The notes under the pieces are model-generated. The model did not search any database and was not told the origin of the DNA. It was given only the letters and a program-made list of their open reading frames with translations. A stretch of 12,164 bases of DNA. Source: a bacterium (GTDB taxonomy: Bacteria > Fidelibacterota > Marinisomatia > Marinisomatales > UBA1611). Both the position numbers and the translations under genes were made by a program. The stretch spans positions 1 through 12,164 of the forward strand of contig JAYPIC010000049.1 of the NCBI GenBank assembly GCA_038127595.1, given 5' to 3'. Positions 1-7,416 of the stretch are shown piece after piece (the stretch's first letter is position 1; each line of letters starts with the position of its first letter).

Positions 1-327
1 AATATTATTCAATGGCTCTTTTTTATTGTTTAATATTTCAATGATAAAAACACTGATAACAGCAGCACAACAGAACCCTAAGACCGTAATCTGATGGTGA
101 GAATAAATTCCGGCATAAGCAAGCGCAACAAATAAAGTGATAATAAATCCAAAAATACGGTTTGGTGAAGAACCTTTCAGTTCACACATTTTGAAAAATT
201 CATCAATACCTAAAATCATAATTAATGCTGTTACAATCGCGAAAGCAGGATTTCCAACATAAATACACCCTAGACCAAGAGGCATTCCTAAAATAAGTAT
301 TAGTTTTCTACCTTTAAGCTCTTTCAT
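1..327 (-). CDS. cdsA: Phosphatidate cytidylyltransferase (CDP-DAG synthase), N-terminal 109 aa; runs off the window edge
   Basis: Not in the ORF track. Manual translation from ATG 327 gives MKELKGRKLILILGMPLGLGCIYVGNPAFAIVTALIMILGIDEFFKMCELKGSSPNRIFGFIITLFVALAY..., open to base 1. It is polytopic and hydrophobic, with the CdsA N-terminal pattern (M..L..R...P...E F..M...KG..P), and lies directly downstream of a DAG-kinase-family gene. The C-terminal SPxKT motif would lie outside the window. Confidence 0.8.
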   Translation of the reverse strand, partial: MKELKGRKLILILGMPLGLGCIYVGNPAFAIVTALIMILGIDEFFKMCELKGSSPNRIFGFIITLFVALAYAGIYSHHQITVLGFCCAAVISVFIIEILNNKKEPLNNI

Positions 328-358
328 ATCTTAATTTACAATACCTAGCCTATAAAAC

Positions 359-1246
359 TTAGACTATAAGTTCAACCCCATTTTTAACAATATTGACTGA
401 AACGGGGGTTGATCCAATAATCTCCCCATCAATGTTCAAACTACCATGTTCTCTAGGTTGAATAGAAAAAGATTTACAATGAACATATTCGCAAGCATCG
501 TGATCTATGTGGGATCCATCAAATAATTTTGGAAAAACAGAAAATAAAGTAAAGCTAGAGGTTTTCTTTACAATAATTAAATCGATTTTGCCATCGTCTA
601 TTTTTGCCTTTGGAGCCATTTTCATATCTTTGCCCACGTATTTGGTGTTACATGCAATAATAAAAGAAAAAGCGCCATCTCGCTCCTTTCCATCAACGAT
701 TAATTTTGAATCTCTTCTTTTGTTCTTGATAATTTCAAATACAGATGCAATGTTATAGCGTTGCCCACCGAAAAACCTTAGCTTTTCTGCTAAAACTGAA
801 ATATCCGTGGCCATACCCCAACCAATTAAGTTTAAAGAATAATATATATTTTCTCCGCACACCGCTCTCATCATATCGAGCTTTTTAGACTCATTTTTAG
901 ATATTTTTCCTACAGCATCGACTACATTTTCAATACCTATTGTCTTCATGAATGAGTTTCCAGTGCCATTAGGAATTATAGAAATCGGTATTCTTTCATT
1001 TTCGCCTCTATCAAGCATTCCATTAAGGACTTCGAATAATGTTCCATCACCACCCATTGCACAAACAGAATCATAATGCATTAAATCAGTTTTTTTTACT
1101 AGGTCGATAGCATGCCCAGCATATTCCGTTTTATTTAAAGTATATTCTATATTATATTTTTTAAATTCATTTATTACAATATTTAAAGAATCTTCGAAAC
1201 TAAGAATTCCACTTTTAGGGTTGGTTATTAAAAGAACCTTAATCAT
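359..1246 (-). CDS. Diacylglycerol kinase family (YegS/DgkB/BmrU-like) lipid kinase
   Basis: NPKSG, TEYAGHA, GGDGTLFEVLNG, PNGTGNSF, APKAKIDDG and NIDGE motifs; 295 aa is the typical length. Confidence 0.93.
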   Translation of the reverse strand: MIKVLLITNPKSGILSFEDSLNIVINEFKKYNIEYTLNKTEYAGHAIDLVKKTDLMHYDSVCAMGGDGTLFEVLNGMLDRGENERIPISIIPNGTGNSFMKTIGIENVVDAVGKISKNESKKLDMMRAVCGENIYYSLNLIGWGMATDISVLAEKLRFFGGQRYNIASVFEIIKNKRRDSKLIVDGKERDGAFSFIIACNTKYVGKDMKMAPKAKIDDGKIDLIIVKKTSSFTLFSVFPKLFDGSHIDHDACEYVHCKSFSIQPREHGSLNIDGEIIGSTPVSVNIVKNGVELIV

Positions 1247-1767
1247 TTTGGTCTTTCTCTGTGATGCATGTATTTACCATCGCCCCATTCTATAATATCA
1301 ACCTGAACTTTGGCAGTACCTTGCTTGATAAAATCTAACTTTTTTGCGGCGCCATAAGAACAATCTAACATTCTACCTTCAATGTAAGGACCTCTATCAT
1401 TAATTCTTAGGATCAATGATTTTCCATTATCTAAATTGGTTACCCTTGCTACTGTATTTAAAGGCAATGTTTTATGTGCAGCAGTTAGGCCATACATATC
1501 ATAAATCTCGCCATTTGCTGTAAGCTTACCATGAAAATCCTCTGCATAAAAAGAACTTGTCCCTACCATTCTTTTTTTGTGTTTCACATTTGTATTTACA
1601 GTTTTCGGATCAATGAATTTAGGGTGGCGTTTCGTTTTTGCTTTTTTCGGAGTTACTTTGACCGTTTTTTTACTTTTATGATTTGTACTTGATCTAGCAT
1701 ACCTTGGTGCGCTAGAGCATGACCAAAAGAATATAATTAGACTAAAAATGACTACATTATTTCTCAT
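1243..1767 (-). CDS. rlpA: RlpA-family septal ring lytic transglycosylase lipoprotein (DPBB domain, no SPOR domain)
   Basis: Lipobox-like FWSC; SFYAEDFHGKLTANGEIYD, TAAHKTLP, VTNLDNGKS, INDRGPY and MLDCSYGAAKKL motifs; ATGA overlap with the downstream gene. Confidence 0.93.
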   Translation of the reverse strand: MRNNVVIFSLIIFFWSCSSAPRYARSSTNHKSKKTVKVTPKKAKTKRHPKFIDPKTVNTNVKHKKRMVGTSSFYAEDFHGKLTANGEIYDMYGLTAAHKTLPLNTVARVTNLDNGKSLILRINDRGPYIEGRMLDCSYGAAKKLDFIKQGTAKVQVDIIEWGDGKYMHHRERPK

Positions 1768-2212
1768 TAATCTGCCTTATCGCCTCATATAAAACAATGC
1801 CAACACTCGTAGCAAGATTTAGACTACGAATATTCTTATTTATCATAGGTATCGTGCATGCATTCTCTGGATATTCATTTAAAATATTTTCAGATATACC
1901 TGCTGTCTCGCTACCAAAAATAATAATATCATTTTTAGTAAAAACTCTATCCGTGTAAACATTTTTTGATTTTGTTGTGAGCAAGTGAAACTTATTTTGA
2001 AATGCATCCAAACAGTATTCATCAATACTTGGAAAGTATTCCCATTTTATATGATCCCAATAATCTAACCCTGCTCTTTTCAGATATTTATCTTCCATAT
2101 CAAATCCCAGGTTACCTACTAAATCTAGTTTTACATTATTAGCCCCACACAACCTAGCAATATTGCCTGTATTAGGAGGAATTTTTGGCTCAAAAAGTGT
2201 AACCGTAAGCAA
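1757..2212 (-). CDS. trmL: tRNA (cytidine/uridine(34)-2'-O)-methyltransferase, SPOUT family
   Basis: EPKIPPNTGNIARLC, KRAGLDYW, IFGSETAG, IPM...RSLNLATSVGIVLYEAIRQ; TTG start 2 nt after the pyrD stop. Confidence 0.96.
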   Translation of the reverse strand: MLTVTLFEPKIPPNTGNIARLCGANNVKLDLVGNLGFDMEDKYLKRAGLDYWDHIKWEYFPSIDEYCLDAFQNKFHLLTTKSKNVYTDRVFTKNDIIIFGSETAGISENILNEYPENACTIPMINKNIRSLNLATSVGIVLYEAIRQINEK

Positions 2213-2214
2213 TT

Positions 2215-3288
2215 TTAATACCCTTTTGATAAATTATAATTAATCTTTGGAATGCAGTATGGATCCATAATAAGAGAAGTTGCCATTCCAAATAATGTTG
2301 CACCTGCGTCTCTAGCAGCATTTAAATGATGGACGGTGGAAATACCACCTGTGGCCATTATAATTAAATTCATATCAGAAAATAAATTAATCATCTGAAG
2401 GGTACGCGGAAAAATTGCTAGACCGCTTAATCCTCCGCCGCCTCTTGGCAAACTATCTTTTTTTAGACCAAGGTATTCAATGGTCTTAAACTGTGTATTG
2501 CCAGCATTTACGATCATTTTTTCTTTTGCAAGGATAATATCTCCAATACTTTTTAAATGCTCATCTTCCCAATCTGGTGAGACTTTTATTGAAATTACCT
2601 TTGAACTGTAGCGTCGCATGTAATCAATTAGCTTTTCTAAATCAGACAAATTATCTCCAAGGCAACTACCAGTATCCGTATTAGGGCAACTTATATTTAA
2701 TTCATAAAAATAATTATTGATAGATGAAGTTTTTAATTGTTTTTCAATCGTATCAAAACAATGTATGTAATTATCAAAATTCTCCCCTCCTATTGATAAG
2801 CCCAAAGGTTTATCATTCGACCATAATGGTGAATCAATAATGGAATTTGAAAATGATTCCACGCCTTCGCCGGGAAGTCCAAGCGCATTAACTAAACAAG
2901 CCTGACGCTCTAACCTTACCTGCTGCAATCTTGGTCTGTGATTCCCATTCCTTTTCTCACTCATAATTGTTTTAAAAACAGCCCCTCCAAGCCCAAGCTT
3001 TAACCAGATATCAATTAACTCTTTTTCTGATTTAAATGAAGCTGCAATCAGGGGAGATTTAAACTTCAAGTCATATACTTCAATGGCAATATCCTTTGGA
3101 ATGGGAAAAGAATATGCAAATGCACCAAAATACTTATTGATTCTAATGAGGTTACTGTCCCCGAATTCAACTATGGATTCAAGATCCTTTTTTTGACTAG
3201 ATATGAATTGAAAAAAAGATACCAGAAATTTGACTGAGAATCGTATAGTTCTGTATAATATTGAAAATAAATATTTACGTAGTATCAC
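2215..3288 (-). CDS. pyrD: Dihydroorotate dehydrogenase (FMN TIM barrel, catalytic Cys) with N-terminal extension
   Basis: KTI..R.GN.RPR, NALGLPGEG, ELNISCPNT, IKVSPD, GGLSG and ATGGI motifs; GTG start right after the tandem TAA TAA of the upstream gene. Confidence 0.88.
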   Translation of the reverse strand: MILRKYLFSILYRTIRFSVKFLVSFFQFISSQKKDLESIVEFGDSNLIRINKYFGAFAYSFPIPKDIAIEVYDLKFKSPLIAASFKSEKELIDIWLKLGLGGAVFKTIMSEKRNGNHRPRLQQVRLERQACLVNALGLPGEGVESFSNSIIDSPLWSNDKPLGLSIGGENFDNYIHCFDTIEKQLKTSSINNYFYELNISCPNTDTGSCLGDNLSDLEKLIDYMRRYSSKVISIKVSPDWEDEHLKSIGDIILAKEKMIVNAGNTQFKTIEYLGLKKDSLPRGGGGLSGLAIFPRTLQMINLFSDMNLIIMATGGISTVHHLNAARDAGATLFGMATSLIMDPYCIPKINYNLSKGY

Positions 3289-3291
3289 TTA

Positions 3292-5028
3292 TTAGTTTAT
3301 AGTTACAGTTGAATCATTTTTTAATGTTGATAACATATTCTGGATGATCTTAACTCTCATTTTTGCAATGTTATTTTGTTCAGAATTTGGGTGAATGGAA
3401 TTTATCCACGCATAATATTTTGCTGCACTATCCAACTCTGCATATTTATAATCATATTGATATCCTAGAAAATATGCTGCAGATACCGATAATTCACTTA
3501 ACGAATCAGCCTGAATTACTTTTTTAAATTGCTTTAATGAAGATAAAGGGTTTTGTTTCCACATTTTTTCCGCATCCGAATAAAGTTGCTCTATAGGCCG
3601 AAGGGATGAATCAATATTTTCATTATCAAATAAATAAGATGTATAGTCTGAAGCAGGAAACTCAGCTTTTAGAAGAGAACTGTAATAGTCTAGCTTTAAA
3701 GAATCTGCTAATTCAGCAAAAATCATAGAAAGCGTAAATAACGCTTTTGGATAGTATTGAGATGATGAATCCTCTTCAAGAATTCTTTCAAAATAAACGA
3801 TACCAGAGTCAACTCTTTCAAAACTGAAGGCTTCAATGTCTCCAATGAGGTAGAGAAGTTCTTGAATAGGTTTTTTTGGCATTTTATCAACAATTTTTGT
3901 TGAATCTAATTTTATTGAATCATTACTTAGAGTATCAAACTTTACATCATATTTTTTTAATGAGGCTAATACATCGATATACTTATCGATAGCTTTTATT
4001 TTAGAGTCGCAAAAAGGACCATATTCTGTCCTATTATATTCTTTTTTTACTTGGGAAAATTTCTCTTTTGCTATACTTGGATTCCACAACTCAGAAAGAT
4101 ACAATTTCCCCAGCAAATAGTAAGCCTCTGCTGAAGTTTCTGTCCTTGGGTAATCATTAACAATGGATTCTAACCTAACCACAGAATTATCAACATCGTT
4201 TTGATCTATATACAACTGAGCTAACTCAAGCTCGAGATCGCCCTTAATATTTTTAAATTTTTCATCAACTAGCATTGATTTTATTTTTCTCTCAACGCTT
4301 CTGTGATCACCTAAAATTCTTGAAATCTTTAAAATCTGAATGTGTGCATTTTCAATTTTCTCTTTCGTAAGAGAATTTTTTATAACCTCTTTATATGCAC
4401 TTTCTGCTACTGAATAATTTTCTTTGTTAAACGCTATTTCTGCTAGCTGGTTGTATACAATCCCTTTTTTGCCTCGCTCTTTAATTACTTTTGCGCCTTC
4501 CTCAAGGTGAAATAAAAAATCATCATTTCGATTTAGCTCAAGGAAAATATCTGCAAGGGATAAATGACTCTGAGCTACTAAATCATTTTTCAAAGAACCA
4601 TCAATGATCAATTCAAGCTCATCAATAGCAGTTTGAGTTTTCCCTTTCTTCCATTTACAAACTGCTGACCAGTATTTCGCTTCAGCAATTTGATCTTCAC
4701 TTCCTTTATCAAAAATCAACTTCAAGTTTAAGATAGCATTATCATATTCAGAGCGATAAAACTGAGCTTTCGCCATTAATAAAATCGCATCATTAACATA
4801 TTTTGATTCAGGATAGTCTGATAGCACTACTTTACACTTTTGTATAGTTTTACCATAATTATCGATAGCTCTTAATGGAATACCTTTATCAGATTTTTCT
4901 AACCTAAGTAGGTCGGCCTCTTTAAAATATCTTTCTGCGTTATAAAAAGTGTTAAAATAAGCGCATGAGGAAAGCATTAAACTAACCGATATAGGAATTA
5001 AGCGGTGTATTATCCAAATTCTGAACAT
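3292..5028 (-). CDS. Outer-membrane TPR lipoprotein (BamD-like YPxS repeats; possibly SprE/PorW-related)
   Basis: Signal peptide II with LSSC (Cys22) followed by AYFNTFYNA; many TPR-like helix pairs (YPESKYVNDAILLMAKAQFY, YPRTETSAEAYYLLGKLY, YYPKALFTL, FPASDY, HPNSEQ). Confidence 0.8.
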   Translation of the reverse strand: MFRIWIIHRLIPISVSLMLSSCAYFNTFYNAERYFKEADLLRLEKSDKGIPLRAIDNYGKTIQKCKVVLSDYPESKYVNDAILLMAKAQFYRSEYDNAILNLKLIFDKGSEDQIAEAKYWSAVCKWKKGKTQTAIDELELIIDGSLKNDLVAQSHLSLADIFLELNRNDDFLFHLEEGAKVIKERGKKGIVYNQLAEIAFNKENYSVAESAYKEVIKNSLTKEKIENAHIQILKISRILGDHRSVERKIKSMLVDEKFKNIKGDLELELAQLYIDQNDVDNSVVRLESIVNDYPRTETSAEAYYLLGKLYLSELWNPSIAKEKFSQVKKEYNRTEYGPFCDSKIKAIDKYIDVLASLKKYDVKFDTLSNDSIKLDSTKIVDKMPKKPIQELLYLIGDIEAFSFERVDSGIVYFERILEEDSSSQYYPKALFTLSMIFAELADSLKLDYYSSLLKAEFPASDYTSYLFDNENIDSSLRPIEQLYSDAEKMWKQNPLSSLKQFKKVIQADSLSELSVSAAYFLGYQYDYKYAELDSAAKYYAWINSIHPNSEQNNIAKMRVKIIQNMLSTLKNDSTVTIN

Positions 5029-5074
5029 AAATACGAATTAAATTTACTTATTTGAACAAAGCTAAAGTTGAAAA

Positions 5075-5080
5075 TAATTT
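5075..5080 (+). promoter_or_regulatory. Putative -10 element TAATTT, with TTGAAC (5052-5057) 17 nt upstream and ATG 5088 after 7 nt; probably a leaderless promoter
   Basis: TTGAAC-N17-TAATTT-N7-ATG read directly in the divergent intergenic region; no Shine-Dalgarno sequence. Confidence 0.45.
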
Positions 5081-5087
5081 AGTATAA

Positions 5088-5513
5088 ATGTTAAGATTTA
5101 AAAAATATTCATTGATTATTGCTCTATCTTTGCTCTCCTTGCACGGCCAAAGAAGTAAAGATATGGAAAAATTTGGCTTCATTGATTTGAAGACTGACAG
5201 CATGGATGTTCCTTTTTATATTGATGGTATATATGTAGGCAAAAATCCACTTCCCGGCCCTATACCAGTTCTACCCGGGTTTCACTTAGTTGGTTACCTT
5301 CCACCAGAGCTTACAAAAAGATATGTAGAAGAGGATCTTTCAGATGCCTACAAGCGGGTTTATGTAGCACCAAATGATACTCTAGAAGTATTTTTGTTTT
5401 ACGAAAATTATATTAAAGAAACCAAAACTTTAGATGCTCAGTTCATGGTTAAAAGACTTACTGCCCTTAGTCTTGTATTAATGGCTGTTTTTCTTATTTT
5501 TCAAATAAGCTAA
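5088..5513 (+). CDS. PEGA-like domain protein with signal peptide and C-terminal transmembrane helix
   Basis: GFIDLKTDSMDVPFYIDGIYVGKNPLPGPIPVLPGFHLV matches the PEGA pattern G.L.v.s....V.IDG...G.tPl.....pG.H.v; hydrophobic N-terminus; C-terminal LTALSLVLMAVFLIF. Confidence 0.7.
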   Translation: MLRFKKYSLIIALSLLSLHGQRSKDMEKFGFIDLKTDSMDVPFYIDGIYVGKNPLPGPIPVLPGFHLVGYLPPELTKRYVEEDLSDAYKRVYVAPNDTLEVFLFYENYIKETKTLDAQFMVKRLTALSLVLMAVFLIFQIS

Positions 5514-5556
5514 ATTTTTTATTCTAAGCTCTATTGAACATTAGTAATTTTAATCC

Positions 5557-5772
5557 ATGAAACATCATACTTTTGAAGAAGGTCTAAAATACAGACCAGA
5601 TTATGAGTGGCCAGAGCCAGGAACTGAGAAAAAATGTCCGAAGTGTCAGCGAGAATTAGAATTAGTAGAAAACAGCCCATCTTACTACGGAAAACCATGG
5701 TGGTGCTATAAATGTCAATGGCAGTTTTCGGAGGAGGACTTTGCTAAAATGGATTCAAGCGAGGAAGAATAA
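5557..5772 (+). CDS. Small single-domain zinc-finger/zinc-ribbon protein (71 aa)
   Basis: CPKC-x19-CYKC, Trp-rich, acidic tail; fills the intergenic space and converges on the DUF1232 gene. Confidence 0.75.
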   Translation: MKHHTFEEGLKYRPDYEWPEPGTEKKCPKCQRELELVENSPSYYGKPWWCYKCQWQFSEEDFAKMDSSEEE

Positions 5773-5779
5773 ACATTTT

Positions 5780-6166
5780 TTAAGCCAAGCTGACATCCGG
5801 CAGCTCTCTTCCAATTGACTTTATAACCCATCTAGCGACAACAGCATCATCTAGGTATCCAATTTCTGGTACAACATCCGGAATATCATCATTTGAATCA
5901 CAAAAATAAGATAAAGCAAACAATATTCTCCTTTTAATTGAATCAGTTAGGTCAGGATAGGTTTGATAAATGTTTAGTAATACTGAAACATATTTAATTA
6001 AATCAGTCTCAATACTGTTTAAGCTCTTTGAGGTTGTCATAGTATCTAACTTAGAGTTTAGCATATCGATAATTTTAGATGCGTCATTTAAATCGATCTT
6101 ATCGATCAAAAGCTTATATTCCGCTTTATCTTCTTCCGTTAATTGGAAAATTTTAGATATATTCAT
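5780..6166 (-). CDS. YkvA/DUF1232 family protein
   Basis: ALSYFCDSNDDIPDVVPEIGYLDDAVV matches AL.Y....D.IPD.iP..G.LDD. Confidence 0.85.
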   Translation of the reverse strand: MNISKIFQLTEEDKAEYKLLIDKIDLNDASKIIDMLNSKLDTMTTSKSLNSIETDLIKYVSVLLNIYQTYPDLTDSIKRRILFALSYFCDSNDDIPDVVPEIGYLDDAVVARWVIKSIGRELPDVSLA

Positions 6167-6201
6167 TATATAAATTATAACTAAACAATAAATACAAGCG
6201 A

Positions 6202-6474
6202 ATGGATATTGGTGATAAAATAAAACAAATAATCAGTGGTTCTATCGATATGAAGCACTTTGAAGTAAAAGATTTTACAGGCAGACACCTCAATCATGAA
6301 CAACATAATGGTGGGTTTCATCTAGAGGCTACCATTGTTTCTGATCACTTTGTAGATAAAAGCTTAATAGATCGTCATAAAATTGTTTATGCTGCCCTTG
6401 AAGACCTTTTGAAGCATGAAATTCATGCATTTAGTATGAAAACACTCACAGTTGAGGAGTGGGAAAGTTTGTAA
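6202..6474 (+). CDS. bolA: BolA family protein
   Basis: H...IVSDHFVDKSLIDRHKIVYAAL...EIHAFSMKTLTVEEW is the canonical BolA signature; 90 aa. Confidence 0.93.
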   Translation: MDIGDKIKQIISGSIDMKHFEVKDFTGRHLNHEQHNGGFHLEATIVSDHFVDKSLIDRHKIVYAALEDLLKHEIHAFSMKTLTVEEWESL

Positions 6475-6475
6475 T

Positions 6476-6901
6476 ATGGGATTTTTTAGCTCCAAAAAGA
6501 AAAGTGAAATAAATGACCCAAACAATATGTCGCCGCTTGAAGCAGTAACCCATCTATTTGCTTCAATACAGATAGCAGATCAACAAGCCAGCTATGAAGA
6601 AAAAGAATCTTGGATTAATGCAATAACTAAACTTTTTCCTGAGCATTCAGAGGACAGAGCAGAGAAATTTTTTGCAGAGGCTCATGATGTTCTTGCAACT
6701 AAAAACCCAGAAAAACGAAGTGAGTATATCACTGCAGTTCTAAATAGAATGAAAGAGCTACTAAATAGCGAACAGTTAAATTCTATAGGGCCACTGATTG
6801 CAGATATAGTTGAAGCGGATGGTATTGTAATGACATCTGAGATGGAAATAGTAACGCTCTCTGAGAAGATACTTGATATAAACATTAAAGTTGAAGAGTA
6901 G
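6476..6901 (+). CDS. TerB-like (tellurite resistance B / DjlA N-terminal fold) protein, 141 aa
   Basis: Two AD(G/Q)....E helical motifs (IADQQASYEEKE and VEADGIVMTSEME). Start reassigned to ATG 6476 (MGFFSSKKK), 1 nt after the bolA stop (TAA-T-ATG). Confidence 0.75.
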   Translation: MGFFSSKKKSEINDPNNMSPLEAVTHLFASIQIADQQASYEEKESWINAITKLFPEHSEDRAEKFFAEAHDVLATKNPEKRSEYITAVLNRMKELLNSEQLNSIGPLIADIVEADGIVMTSEMEIVTLSEKILDINIKVEE

Positions 6902-6909
6902 TATTTCGT

Positions 6910-7416
6910 TTAAGGTCCGTAGTTACTGACCTCAATTTTTGCGAACGCAATCGTTTTTCGCTTTGCTTCCTTAACTAAATCCCTTTTTTCTCTATAAAGT
7001 TTATCAATCAACTCTTTTTCTATTTTTTTTCTTTTTGAAAGTTTTTTCAAATCTTTCAACACTAGTCTAACTAAATCTACGTGCTTTTTATTTTTTATTT
7101 TTTTCAAAAACTTTAAAGCTTCAGGATAATCTCCAATGTAAATATGACTCCATGCCAATGGCTTATAATGGATTGTTTTTCTTCTTGTAAGCTCATCACA
7201 TCTTTTTAGTAGCTTAATTGCCAACTCCCATTGGTTTGTGTTGTAAAAAAACAAGCCAGTATTGTAATTCTGTTTAAAACTCCCCTCTTCAAAAATTAAC
7301 TGTGGGTCGCCCTCAAAAATATACTTTTGAGCTATCAATAGATTAGATAACAAAAAAGCATGTAGTAATATGAAAAACTTAATCTTCAAATAATTATACT
7401 GCATCATACCCAACAT
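6910..7416 (-). CDS. Small exported TPR-like protein with Lys-rich C-terminus (true start probably ATG 7407 or 7404)
   Basis: Signal-peptide-like KIKFFILLHAFLLSNLLIAQ; TPR-like YNTGLFFYNTNQWELAIKLLKR and LAWSHIYIGDYPEALKFLKK; overlaps the upstream stop. Confidence 0.6.
   Translation of the reverse strand: MLGMMQYNYLKIKFFILLHAFLLSNLLIAQKYIFEGDPQLIFEEGSFKQNYNTGLFFYNTNQWELAIKLLKRCDELTRRKTIHYKPLAWSHIYIGDYPEALKFLKKIKNKKHVDLVRLVLKDLKKLSKRKKIEKELIDKLYREKRDLVKEAKRKTIAFAKIEVSNYGP

Noticed and set aside
507..758. 83-aa plus-strand ORF
   Set aside because: Entirely antisense to the well-supported lipid kinase; no motifs.
5970..6173. 67-aa plus-strand ORF
   Set aside because: Antisense shadow of the DUF1232 gene.
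6452..6475. TTG-start extension of the TerB-like ORF in the track
   Set aside because: It overlaps bolA; ATG 6476 directly after the bolA stop is more plausible.
6682..6885. 67-aa minus-strand ORF
   Set aside because: Antisense shadow of the TerB-like gene; Ser/Ile-rich composition typical of reverse frames.
6476..6901. Tellurite-resistance or anti-phage ter operon
   Set aside because: Only a lone TerB-like gene; no terC, terD or terZ in the window.
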